Source: Oscillospiraceae bacterium
GTDB taxonomy: Bacteria; Bacillota; Clostridia; Oscillospirales; Ruminococcaceae
Reading direction: 5' to 3'
Assembly (NCBI GenBank): GCA_017828975.1
Contig: JAGAJN010000038.1
Location: 18,543-82,542, forward strand
DNA length: 64,000 nt
Shown here: positions 27,423 to 36,855 of the stretch, piece by piece
Layout of the letters: each line of letters opens with the position of its first letter
Position numbering within the stretch: the first letter of the stretch is position 1
Position numbers and translations under genes: made by a program
Notes under the pieces: generated by a model
Database searches by the model: none
Seen by the model: only the letters and a program-made list of their open reading frames with translations
What the model was told of the DNA's origin: nothing

Positions 27423-27909
27423 TTTTCAGCCCTCCTTCATTCAGTTCAAGACGCAGCTTTTTTCTTGCACGGTAAATATCGGAGCCTACCGTTTTTGCAT
27501 TTCTGCCCGTAATTTCGGATATTTCCTCCAAAGAATATCCTTCAAAGCAAAATAGATACAAGGCATTTCTCTGATGCTCGGGCAGGCTTCGGATAAGCTC
27601 GGCATATTCAATGCTTTCGAAATCATCGGCAAAGGATATGCAGCCGTAATCAGCAAGCGGCTGGTTTTTGCGGAACCATGCGGAACGTGCCCTGTCATGA
27701 CATAGATTGATAGCAACACGGATAAGCCACGCCTTTTTATGTTCGCAGCTGTCAAAACCCGACGTATTTTTCATCAGCCTTATAAATGTTTCCTGCACAA
27801 TATCCTCAGCATCGTGGCAATTTTTCGTATTCTGAACAGCAATTCGCAGAATGGTATCGGCGTAAGCTTCGACATCGGCTTCAAAGATCGTCTTTTCATC
27901 TGCGGTCAT
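27415..27909 (-). CDS. ECF-type sigma-70 family RNA polymerase sigma factor
   Basis: Region 2 (DAEDIVQETFIRL ... WLIRVAINLCHD) and region 4 (LYLFCFEGYSLEEISEITGRNAKTVGSDIYRARKKL). Start at MTADEK after GGGGTGG. Confidence 0.85.
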   Translation of the reverse strand: MTADEKTIFEADVEAYADTILRIAVQNTKNCHDAEDIVQETFIRLMKNTSGFDSCEHKKAWLIRVAINLCHDRARSAWFRKNQPLADYGCISFADDFESIEYAELIRSLPEHQRNALYLFCFEGYSLEEISEITGRNAKTVGSDIYRARKKLRLELNEGGLKNE

Positions 27910-27995
27910 CTGCACCACCCCTTTTATGTTTCTGTATATAATACGGTTCTCGAATGCTGTTTTTTGCAGCATATAAAAATTTCCCCGACAAAATA

Positions 27996-28027
27996 AGCGG
28001 TTTGCCGCAAGTGAAGGGCAAACCGCT
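27996..28027 (-). terminator. stem-loop downstream of the Rrf2 gene
   Basis: AGCGGTTTGCC at 27996-28006 pairs with GGCAAACCGCT at 28017-28027. The U-run on the minus strand is only partial. Confidence 0.45.
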
Positions 28028-28051
28028 AGATTATGTATCTCACAAAGAGAA

Positions 28052-28447
28052 TTACATCAGCTTATCAAATGTATACTCTGCAAGCTTTTCCCGAACAACG
28101 TCGGAGATCTCATTAAAAGCGTCCTGAACACGGCAGCTGCCCGAACGTCCTCTTGTGCAGACATAATCGTCGGCAAGGCAGCGGCTCAGCTTATATTCGC
28201 CTTCAACGGCTTCGATAACATCCTTCAGAGAAATTTCTTTTGCGGGACGGGTAAGCTCATAACCTCCCTGAGAGCCTTTATAGGATTTCACCAATCCTTC
28301 GGTAACGAGCTTTCTCAGTATTTTCAGCGAAAATCTGAGGGTAACACAGGTTTCCTCGGCAATGGTTTTTGCATCCATACGATTATTGGCGCAGGCAAGT
28401 ATCTGAACTATGCGTATTGCATAATCGGATTCCAGGGTAATGTGCAT
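28052..28447 (-). CDS. Rrf2 family transcriptional regulator
   Basis: N-terminal wHTH (DYAIRIVQILA...) and a three-Cys cluster (CLADDYVCTRGRSGSC). Confidence 0.85.
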   Translation of the reverse strand: MHITLESDYAIRIVQILACANNRMDAKTIAEETCVTLRFSLKILRKLVTEGLVKSYKGSQGGYELTRPAKEISLKDVIEAVEGEYKLSRCLADDYVCTRGRSGSCRVQDAFNEISDVVREKLAEYTFDKLM

Positions 28448-28477
28448 AAAATATCACCGTTTCCTATGAAATATTTA

Positions 28478-29554
28478 TCAGTCAAGGAAATCCTTGACCT
28501 TTTTGCTTCTGCTGGGGTGGCGCAGCTTTCTGAGCGCCTTTGCTTCTATCTGACGGATACGCTCGCGGGTAACATTGAACTGCTTGCCCACGTCCTCAAG
28601 TGTGCGGGAGCGTCCGTCCTCAAGACCGAATCTCAGACGAAGCACCTTTTCTTCACGTTCTGTAAGGGTAGACAGCACCTGAGAAAGCTGTTCTTTGAGT
28701 AGGATAAGAGAAGCTGCATCTGCGGGCTGCGGGGCATCGTCATCGGGAATGAAGTCACCGAGATGGCTGTCCTCCTCCTCACCGATGGGAGTTTCCAGAG
28801 AAACGGGGTCCTGAGCGATCCGCATGATCTCTCTAACCTTATCCACAGGCATATCCAGCTCTGCTGCGATCTCCTCGGGGGAAGGATCGTGGCCGTTCTT
28901 ATGAAGAAGCTGGCTGGAAACCTTCTTGACCTTGGTAATGGTTTCAACCATATGAACGGGGATTCGGATAGTTCTTGCCTGGTCTGCAATGGCTCTGGTA
29001 ATAGCCTGTCTTATCCACCATGTAGCGTATGTGGAGAACTTAAAGCCCTTGGTATGGTCAAACTTGTCAACCGCCTTGATAAGACCGAGATTTCCCTCCT
29101 GAATAAGGTCAAGGAACTGCATTCCTCTGCCCACATATCGTTTTGCAATGCTGACAACAAGACGGAGATTTGCTTCTGCCAGACGCTTTTTAGCCTTCTG
29201 GTCGCCCTGAGCCATTCGCTGAGCAAGCTCGATCTCTTCCTCGGCAGTCAGCAGGGGAACACGTCCGATCTCCTTCAGATATATCTTAACGGGGTCATCA
29301 ATGGCAATACCCTCGTTGGAGAGTGCCATTTCCAGGTCGTCCGTCAGGGTGTCCATAGAAAGTCCGAGATCGGTTTCGGCGTTGAAATCCTCGATGATCT
29401 CAATATTCAGATTTGCACAGTTATCATAAAAGCTGTCCATCTGGTCAACGTCAAAATCGAGATCCTCCAGAACATCTGTGATCTCCTTAGTGGTAAGCTT
29501 TCCGCTTGCCTTGCCCTGTTCCATCAAGCTGTCAATGGTTTTCTTATCAGCCAT
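28478..29554 (-). CDS. rpoD: primary RNA polymerase sigma factor
   Basis: Regions 1.2-4.2, including [24 protein letters not shown] and the C-terminal helix-turn-helix motif. Located downstream of dnaG. Start at MADKK, 9 nt after AAGGAAG. Confidence 0.95.
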   Translation of the reverse strand: MADKKTIDSLMEQGKASGKLTTKEITDVLEDLDFDVDQMDSFYDNCANLNIEIIEDFNAETDLGLSMDTLTDDLEMALSNEGIAIDDPVKIYLKEIGRVPLLTAEEEIELAQRMAQGDQKAKKRLAEANLRLVVSIAKRYVGRGMQFLDLIQEGNLGLIKAVDKFDHTKGFKFSTYATWWIRQAITRAIADQARTIRIPVHMVETITKVKKVSSQLLHKNGHDPSPEEIAAELDMPVDKVREIMRIAQDPVSLETPIGEEEDSHLGDFIPDDDAPQPADAASLILLKEQLSQVLSTLTEREEKVLRLRFGLEDGRSRTLEDVGKQFNVTRERIRQIEAKALRKLRHPSRSKKVKDFLD

Positions 29555-29569
29555 ATAGCACATCTTCCT

Positions 29570-31327
29570 TTACTTGGATTTTTTTCTGAGATTCTGCTGG
29601 AGAAGGAGAAGATCGTCATCGGTCATTTCACTTCCTTTGACGGTCTGTCCGCCGTCGAAGGACAGCAGAATATTTATATATACGTCCAGCTCTTCGGCTG
29701 AAACGGTAATATCTTTGTATTTTGCAGATATTTCGGATATTTTGCCCATTTCGGCGGCACTAAATTCACCCGAAAGCGACATTAATGTAAATCTCTCGGA
29801 ATTTTTTATGCCCTCTGCCAAAGAAGCAAATACTTTTCTGTTGAATTCTGTCACAAATTTGTCGGGCGTTATCTTAGAAAGGATATAATTAAGCGTATCC
29901 GGATGCCTTTCAAGGAAGAGGATTATCCCTATCTCTGCCTTGTTCTGCTTGGGATATTTCGCAGCATCGGGGTTTACGCTGTTCTGTCTGACGGGAGCGG
30001 TGATCTCCTGCCATTGCTTCTTTTGGTAAACACGCTCACGTTTTTTCAGCGTTGAATTTATCTGAGAAGTAAGGACTTCCTTGCTGACATTCTGCTCCGA
30101 TGCGATCTTTGAAATATACACATCTCTCTCAATGGGAGATGATATATCCGCAAGGACGTTAATGCAGCGTTTTAGGTATTCGACCTTTCCCATATCCGTC
30201 TGAATGTCAATATCATTTTTGCATTTGTCAAGCTCAAAATTGATAGCGCCGTCGGAATTGTCCAGCAGATACTTGAACTTTGCCGCACCGAATTTTTTGA
30301 TATACTCATCGGGGTCCTTAGCGCCCTCCATTTTGATTATCTTGGTTTCAACACCGACCTCTCCCAACAGATTGATCGCTCGGTGCGCAGCTGCCTGTCC
30401 CGGTCCGTCGCTGTCGTATGCGATGATGACCTCCTTGGCATATCCTGAAATAATACGTGCCTGTTCGGAGGTGAGAGCCGTTCCCAGCGTTGCAATGACA
30501 TTTTCAAAGCCTGCTTGATTTACGGCGATAACGTCCATATACCCTTCGGCGAGGATAAGCCTGTCCGAATTATCCCGCTTGGCAAAATTCAGCGAGAACA
30601 GATTACGGCTTTTCTTGAAAACGGGTGTATCTGCGGAGTTGAGATATTTTGGTCCCTCACCGTCGATGATACGCCCTCCGAAGGCAATAACATTTCCCCT
30701 CAGGTCGATGATAGGGAAGATGACCCTGTCACGGAACTGGTCGAACAATCTGCCTGTTTTCTGGCTTCGTCCGCAGAGGTTTGCTGCAACAAGCTCGTCC
30801 TCGGTAAATCCCTTGGCGGTCAGATGGTCGCAGAGATTTTGCCAGCCTGACGGGGCATATCCCAGACCGTATTTTGTAACGGTTGCCTTGGTAAGACCTC
30901 GTCCTGCAAAATAACGCCTGCCCTTTTCGCCCAGCTGCTTATCATTGACAAGGACAGAATTGTAGTATTTCGCAGCGGCTCGGTTGGCTTCATAGATGCG
31001 CATTTTCAGTCTTGAAAAATCGGGGTTTCCCGAATTTTCAGGCATAGGTATCCCCGAACGTTCCGCAAGAAGCTTGACCGCTTCGTAATACTCAAGATTT
31101 TCTATGAGCATAGTGAAGGTGAAAACGTCACCTCCTGCGCCGCAGCCAAAGCAATAAAAGCTTTGTGTATCATTATATATCACACAGGATGGCGATTTTT
31201 CCGAATGAAAGGGGCAGAGGCAGGACATATTTCTGCCGCTTCGTTTCAGCACGGCATAAGAAGAAACAACGCTGTCAATAGGATTTGCAGAGCGAAGCTG
31301 TTCTATGAATTCGGGTGGAAAAGCCAA
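29570..31327 (-). CDS. dnaG: DNA primase
   Basis: CHC2 zinc finger (CLCPFHSEKSPSC...CFGCGAGGD) and Toprim motif (EGYMDVI ... DSDGPG). Confidence 0.95.
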   Translation of the reverse strand: MAFPPEFIEQLRSANPIDSVVSSYAVLKRSGRNMSCLCPFHSEKSPSCVIYNDTQSFYCFGCGAGGDVFTFTMLIENLEYYEAVKLLAERSGIPMPENSGNPDFSRLKMRIYEANRAAAKYYNSVLVNDKQLGEKGRRYFAGRGLTKATVTKYGLGYAPSGWQNLCDHLTAKGFTEDELVAANLCGRSQKTGRLFDQFRDRVIFPIIDLRGNVIAFGGRIIDGEGPKYLNSADTPVFKKSRNLFSLNFAKRDNSDRLILAEGYMDVIAVNQAGFENVIATLGTALTSEQARIISGYAKEVIIAYDSDGPGQAAAHRAINLLGEVGVETKIIKMEGAKDPDEYIKKFGAAKFKYLLDNSDGAINFELDKCKNDIDIQTDMGKVEYLKRCINVLADISSPIERDVYISKIASEQNVSKEVLTSQINSTLKKRERVYQKKQWQEITAPVRQNSVNPDAAKYPKQNKAEIGIILFLERHPDTLNYILSKITPDKFVTEFNRKVFASLAEGIKNSERFTLMSLSGEFSAAEMGKISEISAKYKDITVSAEELDVYINILLSFDGGQTVKGSEMTDDDLLLLQQNLRKKSK

Positions 31328-31345
31328 TTCAGGGCACTCCTTTCG

Positions 31346-32341
31346 TTACTTCGGCCAGCCCTTGGGAATGAAAATATCCTTATAAAGGTTCACGGCATAG
31401 CTGTCGGACATTCCTGCTATATAGTCGCAGACTGCCCTATCCTTATCAAATCTTCCCATAATAGCTTTGTATTCATCGGGAAGCTTATCGGGATTTTTCA
31501 GGAAATATCCGTAAAGCTTTTCTACAAGCAGCATTGCCTTTGATTCTTCGGATTTTGCAGCCATATTGTAGTACACCCGCTCAAAAAGGAAGCTTCTAAG
31601 CTCGTCATGGGCGGCTTTTATCTCGGGAGTCATTGAGATATTTTCTGCGCCGCACTCTACGACAGATGTCACAAGCGTGGTGATACGTTCGCTTTTGCTC
31701 TTTCCGAGGACCTGTATGCAGTGTTCGGGAAGGTCGCTGTCCTTGAGGACACCTGCTCTTATGGCATCGTCAATGTCGTGGTTGATATATGCGATCTTAT
31801 CGGCAAGACGGACGATATATCCTTCTCTTGTGGCAGCGACCGCATTGGTATGGCATGCGATACCGTTTTTCACTTCGTATGTAAGGTTCAGACCTTTGCC
31901 GTCCCTTTCAATGTAATCCACAACACGGACACTCTGAAGGTAATGCTTGAAGCCGTAGGGACATATCTCCGATAATATTCTCTCACCGCTGTGACCAAAG
32001 GGCGTATGTCCGAGGTCATGACCGAGAGCAATAGCTTCGGCGAGATCTTCGTTAAGCCGCAAGGCTCTTGTTATCGTCCTTGCAATTTGCGAAACCTCTA
32101 GGGTATGGGTAAGGCGTGTTCTGTAATGGTCACCGATGGGATCGAGAAAAACCTGAGTCTTATGCTTTAAGCGTCGGAATGATGTGGAGTGAAGTATCCT
32201 GTCTCTGTCCCGCTGGAAATCGGTCCGCATGGGACATTTTTCCTCTGGGATCTTGCGCTTTCCGCCTTCGTCCGAATAGCAGGCGTATTCACACAGGGCG
32301 GCATGCTCAATAGCTTCTGTCTGTTCTCTTGGAGTTAGCAT
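31346..32341 (-). CDS. dgt: dGTP triphosphohydrolase-like HD phosphohydrolase
   Basis: RTRLTHTLEVSQIAR and HDLGHTPFGH motifs. Start at MLTPREQ. Confidence 0.85.
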   Translation of the reverse strand: MLTPREQTEAIEHAALCEYACYSDEGGKRKIPEEKCPMRTDFQRDRDRILHSTSFRRLKHKTQVFLDPIGDHYRTRLTHTLEVSQIARTITRALRLNEDLAEAIALGHDLGHTPFGHSGERILSEICPYGFKHYLQSVRVVDYIERDGKGLNLTYEVKNGIACHTNAVAATREGYIVRLADKIAYINHDIDDAIRAGVLKDSDLPEHCIQVLGKSKSERITTLVTSVVECGAENISMTPEIKAAHDELRSFLFERVYYNMAAKSEESKAMLLVEKLYGYFLKNPDKLPDEYKAIMGRFDKDRAVCDYIAGMSDSYAVNLYKDIFIPKGWPK

Positions 32342-32456
32342 AAAATCATCTCCCAAATAATATTGGTCACGAAACTGCCTATTATTATATACAGCAGATG
32401 AACGCAAAACTCCTCTTTATTTCGGTAAAAAGTTTTAATTTTGTATATTTCGACAA

Positions 32457-33080
32457 TTATTCGGCAAAATTTCTGAATTCTTCGTCGCCTTTGCATAATT
32501 CTATTCTGCCGTTTGATGTGTCAATAAGCTTTTTTTCAAACGGATCGTAAAGTCCCGTCTGAACCAGCAAGTCAATATTAACATCTGCACCAAAGTCCGT
32601 ACCGATAATTTTAATCTGAAATTCGGGGAGAATATAGCTTATCTTGCCGTACAGGTCATAGCTGCACTTTATGGAAACAGGGAAGCAGCTGCGCATTTCA
32701 GCCCTTGCTGAAGCGTCTACGGCTATTTTTGCCGAGTGGGAATAGGCTCTGACAAGTCCGCCGCCGCCAAGAAGTATCCCGCCGAAATATCTGGTGACAA
32801 CACAGCAAATATCCGTCAGACCTTCCTTTCGCAGCACCTCAAGAACTGGAACTCCCGCAGTGCCTTGGGGCTCGCCGTCATCGGAATAACGGGAAGTATT
32901 ATCAGCTCTCAGTATGTACGCATAGACGTTGTGGGTGGCTTTTCGGTGTCGGGCTCTTATTTCATCTATAAATGCAACGGCTTCGTCGGGGGTTTCGGTA
33001 TGTCGGATATAGCCTATAAATTCCGACTTTTTTTCAATGAATGAAGCCTCCGCTTCGCCTTTTATAGTTGTATAATCCAT
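32457..33080 (-). CDS. yigZ: YigZ / IMPACT family protein
   Basis: DDGEPQGTAGVPVLEVL motif. Start at MDYTTIKGE after AGGAG. The longer ORF-track version would run through the rpmE terminator and into rpmE. Confidence 0.8.
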   Translation of the reverse strand: MDYTTIKGEAEASFIEKKSEFIGYIRHTETPDEAVAFIDEIRARHRKATHNVYAYILRADNTSRYSDDGEPQGTAGVPVLEVLRKEGLTDICCVVTRYFGGILLGGGGLVRAYSHSAKIAVDASARAEMRSCFPVSIKCSYDLYGKISYILPEFQIKIIGTDFGADVNIDLLVQTGLYDPFEKKLIDTSNGRIELCKGDEEFRNFAE

Positions 33081-33097
33081 AATAACTCCTGCTGATA

Positions 33098-33126
33098 CAA
33101 AAACAGCCTGCGGTTCACGCAGGCTG
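33098..33126 (-). terminator. rho-independent terminator of rpmE
   Basis: CAGCCTGCG at 33104-33112 pairs with CGCAGGCTG at 33118-33126. TTTTT follows on the minus strand. Confidence 0.75.
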
Positions 33127-33153
33127 CGATGGATATTCGTTCTTTTGCAATTA

Positions 33154-33354
33154 TCACTGCATATTGAAACGCTTCTTAAATCTGTCAACACGTCCGCCTG
33201 TATCAACAAGCTTCTGCTTGCCGGTATAGAAGGGGTGGCACTTAGAGCAGATTTCAACCTTGATATCCTTCTTAGTGGAGCGAGTGTTGATCACGTTGCC
33301 GCATGCGCAGGTAATAGTGGTTTCAACGTACTCGGGATGAATACCTTCTTTCAT
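33154..33354 (-). CDS. rpmE: 50S ribosomal protein L31 (Cys-containing type)
   Basis: [20 protein letters not shown]...[13 protein letters not shown], 66 aa. Confidence 0.95.
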   Translation of the reverse strand: MKEGIHPEYVETTITCACGNVINTRSTKKDIKVEICSKCHPFYTGKQKLVDTGGRVDRFKKRFNMQ

Positions 33355-33451
33355 TTTTACACCTCATTTCTGATATACTTATATGATTGCATAGCAGCCC
33401 ATCATACAAGCTCAGACAGTAGTGCTATATACAAATCACTTACGGTTTAAT

Positions 33452-33480
33452 ATTATATCACAGGTTCTTGCAAATTTCAA
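33452..33480 (-). promoter_or_regulatory. sigma-A promoter for rpmE
   Basis: On the minus strand: TTGAAA (33480-33475), 17-nt spacer, TGaTATAAT (-10 at 33457-33452). Confidence 0.6.
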
Positions 33481-33628
33481 GTAGTTTAACAGTTTTTTTA
33501 CAATTTAATTTGCAGACGGTCAGATGTACTATAATAATATGGTGAGTTGAGTAAGCAATTCTCGGTATTTGTTGAATATAGACAAAATATGCATTGCAAA
33601 TTTATATTATATTCTGTATAATATAGGA

Positions 33629-33657
33629 TTGACAAAAGCATATAGCGGTGTTATAAT
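33629..33657 (+). promoter_or_regulatory. sigma-A promoter for the zinc-ribbon/TM2 gene
   Basis: TTGACA at 33629-33634, 17-nt spacer, TGtTATAAT ending at 33657. Confidence 0.7.
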
Positions 33658-33714
33658 GTAGTTACAATATTATACAAGATATAATACTACGGAAGATAAA
33701 TGGAGGTAAACATT

Positions 33715-34242
33715 ATGTTTGTAAATTTAACTAAAGAACAACCCGCTATGAATACCCGGGCAGCCGAGGAACAGCCCAAGTACAGAGGAAATTACGAGTT
33801 CGACCATTCCAGAACTCAGATCTGCCCCCACTGCGGACAGTCCGTAACACGAGGTGCTTCCTTCTGCACACACTGCGGTTCATCAATGACCGAAAGCGCA
33901 TCAGCAGGTAACACCTCACAGGTACCCGTTTTCAGCGCACCCGCTGCTTCAAATTCGGGCGAAGGCATATGGAGCAAGATCAAAAAGGTAGTTACAGATA
34001 TTACAGGAGGTTTGTTGGATATGATAAGTGAGCTTAACAGAACTATAAGAGCAAGAGAGAAGAACAAGTGGATAAGCCTGCTGCTGTGCATCTTCACAGT
34101 ATTCGGTCATAAGCTGTATGAAGGCAAGATCGAGATGGCTGTTATTTATCTGCTGACAGGCGGTATTTTCGGGATAGGTCTGGTAATTGATGTTATTACT
34201 CTGCTGGGCAAGCCTGAGAATTACTACGTTACACAGAGCTGA
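33715..34242 (+). CDS. zinc-ribbon plus TM2 domain membrane protein
   Basis: CPHCGQ...CTHCGS zinc ribbon, and a C-terminal TM2-like pair of helices (NKWISLLLCIFTVFGHKLYEGK...IYLLTGGIFGIGLVIDVITLL). Confidence 0.7.
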   Translation: MFVNLTKEQPAMNTRAAEEQPKYRGNYEFDHSRTQICPHCGQSVTRGASFCTHCGSSMTESASAGNTSQVPVFSAPAASNSGEGIWSKIKKVVTDITGGLLDMISELNRTIRAREKNKWISLLLCIFTVFGHKLYEGKIEMAVIYLLTGGIFGIGLVIDVITLLGKPENYYVTQS

Positions 34243-34266
34243 CAAAACCGAACGGAGGACATTGTT

Positions 34267-34647
34267 ATGGCGAATATTTCAAAGCGGCTCACAGCAGGTT
34301 TTGCCGTTTCCGCAGCAATTGCAGGACTGGCGGCGTATCTTATTGTTCCGAAGAATGAATTCAGCATCATGGACGGCTGCGGCAGCGGCGAGGATATAAA
34401 CTATTCCATCATCAACAGTGATGTTATTTCCGAGGAAATGCCGATCGAATATTCGCTTGCGGGACAGAAGTGGAAGGGCTGGAAGTTCAGGACATCCGGT
34501 GAGGGAAGTGCGGACATCGTAGTCTGCCGTTACAGCGGCGATGGGATAAAAAGCACGGAAATATACACAGTCAAGGTGGACAAGTCGCTGCATATCTGCG
34601 ATTACAGAATAAAGTCTGCCGATGGTTTGGACGATATGATACCATAA
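34267..34647 (+). CDS. hypothetical small secreted or anchored protein
   Basis: 126 aa with an N-terminal hydrophobic segment. It starts 24 nt after the TM2 gene and is followed by a strong terminator. Confidence 0.5.
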   Translation: MANISKRLTAGFAVSAAIAGLAAYLIVPKNEFSIMDGCGSGEDINYSIINSDVISEEMPIEYSLAGQKWKGWKFRTSGEGSADIVVCRYSGDGIKSTEIYTVKVDKSLHICDYRIKSADGLDDMIP

Positions 34648-34651
34648 TAAA

Positions 34652-34690
34652 ACCGTCACATCGTTTTGTGCGATGTGACGGTCATTTTTT
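34652..34690. terminator. bidirectional rho-independent terminator
   Basis: 12-bp perfect stem ACCGTCACATCG / CGATGTGACGGT, flanked by an A-run upstream and TTTTTT downstream. Confidence 0.8.
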
Positions 34691-34697
34691 AGGGTTA

Positions 34698-35582
34698 TCA
34701 AACTCCCGCAATAATAACATTCACAGTTCCGAAGGGGAATGCCAGAGGGATACGGAATGCTTCGGCAAGATCATTCAGCTCGGCACCGACGGAGTTTTCC
34801 TGAGGTTCAAGCTGCAGCTCCATACCGGAATCATTGGATATGTTTACGGTAAACAGACCGTTCTGGAGGTTTAAAAACTCGCCGACAGAAGCATTTGTCA
34901 TTTCGTCAATGCAGTTGAGAGGTTCACCTGCATATCTGGCAGCAAAATCTATGTAAGCATTATCGTCAGCTTCAATTGCTGTAACAAACGAGATAGGACC
35001 GTTTATCTTCTGAACGGCAGCGTTCATACAGGAATAGGAAGTGATCTGCTCGGGGTCAAGGGGAGTGAAATCATCACCGATGAAGCGTATGATATTTTTA
35101 AAGAAAAGGGAGATGTAATCGGTGTAGGTCTTGGAATTTCTCAGAGCGTCAAGACCGTAGAATTTTCTGATTGCAGCGCATGCTTTATCGTTCTGAACAT
35201 CTGTGAAATCTGCATCGGTAATGCTGTTTTCGGCCTTGTAGCTGCGCATTGCCTGTTCAAACTGAGCGGTGGTCATATAGCCTCTGTCAACGAGGGCCTG
35301 TCCCATAAGAAGGTGACCGCTTTTCTGAGATGAAAGCAGTTCTTCGACCTGATCTTTTGTCAGGAAGCCCATTTCAACGGCAATATCGCCGATACGCTTG
35401 TCCATTCTCTGCTGAGCATTATGGACCTCTTCGACCTGCTCTGCGGTCATATATCCTGCATTTATCGCCAGAACGCCTAGCTTTAATCTGGTGGTTTTCT
35501 GCAGCTCCAATGCCTCGGTCAGCTGTTCGGGAGAAACAAGACGCTGATTGAGCAGATAATTTCCAAAAAATTGTGTAAACAT
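34698..35582 (-). CDS. protein with four MshEN-type (T2SSE_N-like) repeats and a C-terminal CheX/CheC-like phosphatase motif
   Basis: Residues 5-115 form four 24-aa motifs with 5-aa spacers fitting xLGxxhhxxGhhxxxxLxxxLxxQ. The C-terminal SVGEFLNLQNG...LEP resembles the CheC/CheX ExxN...P consensus. Confidence 0.55.
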   Translation of the reverse strand: MFTQFFGNYLLNQRLVSPEQLTEALELQKTTRLKLGVLAINAGYMTAEQVEEVHNAQQRMDKRIGDIAVEMGFLTKDQVEELLSSQKSGHLLMGQALVDRGYMTTAQFEQAMRSYKAENSITDADFTDVQNDKACAAIRKFYGLDALRNSKTYTDYISLFFKNIIRFIGDDFTPLDPEQITSYSCMNAAVQKINGPISFVTAIEADDNAYIDFAARYAGEPLNCIDEMTNASVGEFLNLQNGLFTVNISNDSGMELQLEPQENSVGAELNDLAEAFRIPLAFPFGTVNVIIAGV

Positions 35583-35637
35583 GATAAATAATCCTCCGAA
35601 AAAGTTTATATATTACTGTGTCAATGACGTGAATTTA

Positions 35638-36003
35638 TCATATCCTGTTCAGGATCTTTTCTACATCGCTGTCGGAAATAGGCTTCTGGAGAAAATCGTA
35701 TGCTCCTGCTTCGATAGCTTCCTTAAGATTTCCCTGAGTACCCACAGATGAAGCAACAACGACCTTTGCCTTGGGATTTACGGCAAGAATTTCTTTAAGT
35801 GCTTCAACGCCTGTCTTTTTGGGCATTACAATGTCCATAAAGGTAATGTCTGGAAGATTTGTCTTATACTGCTCAACCGCATTTTCACCGTCTGTTGCGG
35901 TATAGATCTCCTTGCAGCCGAGCTTAGTCATAAGGTCGGTCATTTTTTTGCGTACAAGGATAGAATCATCACATATCAATACTCTGATCTCAGAAAGAAT
36001 CAT
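35638..36003 (-). CDS. single-domain response regulator receiver (CheY-like)
   Basis: VLICDDS, FMDIVMP (phospho-Asp), VVVASS and LQKP conserved receiver residues. No output domain. Confidence 0.85.
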   Translation of the reverse strand: MILSEIRVLICDDSILVRKKMTDLMTKLGCKEIYTATDGENAVEQYKTNLPDITFMDIVMPKKTGVEALKEILAVNPKAKVVVASSVGTQGNLKEAIEAGAYDFLQKPISDSDVEKILNRI

Positions 36004-36173
36004 TTTAAAAACTCCAATCATATCCATTTAGTAAAAACTTTGACCGCGAATCACCGCGATAACTCTATACACTTAATATTATACTCCTATTTACAGGTAA
36101 TTTCAATATACTTTTTATGAATTAAGTGAAAAACGGTAGAAAAGAGGGTAACGCTTTTGTTAATATTGCACAA

Positions 36174-36842
36174 TTATTCCAGTCGCCAATCAATAGGTTC
36201 GATATTATGTGCCGTTAAGAACTCGTTTGCTTTTGAAAAGTGCCGGCAGCCGAAAAATCCGTTATATGCTGAAAGCGGGCTGGGGTGAGCACACTCCAGA
36301 ATACAATGCTTCCGTCTGTCGATAAGCTTTGCCTTTGCACGGGCGTTCCCACCCCAAAGCAGGAAAACCATCGGCTTTTCACGCTCATTGAGAAGCTCGA
36401 TAACATGGTCGGTGAATATCTCCCAGCCCATGCCCTTATGGCTGTTGGGCTGACCTTCTCTTACGGTGAGGACGGTGTTCATCAGCAGGACGCCGTTTTC
36501 TGCCCATTTTGTCAGGGTACCGTTTTGCGGAGGGGGATAGCCAAGGTCGTCCTGCAGCTCCTTGAAGATGTTTTTCAGGGACGGCGGCGGAACAACGCCT
36601 TCACGAACGGAAAAGCAAAGTCCATGTGCCTGACCCGCTCCGTGGTATGGGTCCTGTCCCAGAATGACCGCCTTAACATCGCTGTAAGAGGTGTATTTCA
36701 GGGAATTGAAAATATCATACATATTGGGGTATATTTTGGTGGAAAAATACTCCTTTTTCAGAAATTCTCTGAGCTTCAGATAATACTCCTTTTTGAATTC
36801 ATCGGCAAGAAGCTCGTCCCATTCATTATTAAACTGTACCAT
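36174..36842 (-). CDS. ung: uracil-DNA glycosylase
   Basis: VILGQDPYH and HPSPLS motifs. Confidence 0.95.
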   Translation of the reverse strand: MVQFNNEWDELLADEFKKEYYLKLREFLKKEYFSTKIYPNMYDIFNSLKYTSYSDVKAVILGQDPYHGAGQAHGLCFSVREGVVPPPSLKNIFKELQDDLGYPPPQNGTLTKWAENGVLLMNTVLTVREGQPNSHKGMGWEIFTDHVIELLNEREKPMVFLLWGGNARAKAKLIDRRKHCILECAHPSPLSAYNGFFGCRHFSKANEFLTAHNIEPIDWRLE

Positions 36843-36855
36843 TTCATTATTCCTT

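Noticed and set aside
28763-29701. 312-aa ORF antisense to rpoD and the dnaG end
   Set aside because: rpoD and dnaG are unambiguous on the minus strand. The antisense product has no recognisable features.
33081-33257. N-terminal extension of the YigZ ORF (ORF-track start at 33257) overlapping rpmE
   Set aside because: The extension would overlap 104 nt of rpmE and include the rpmE terminator. A good AGGAG-ATG start at 33080 gives the normal YigZ N-terminus.
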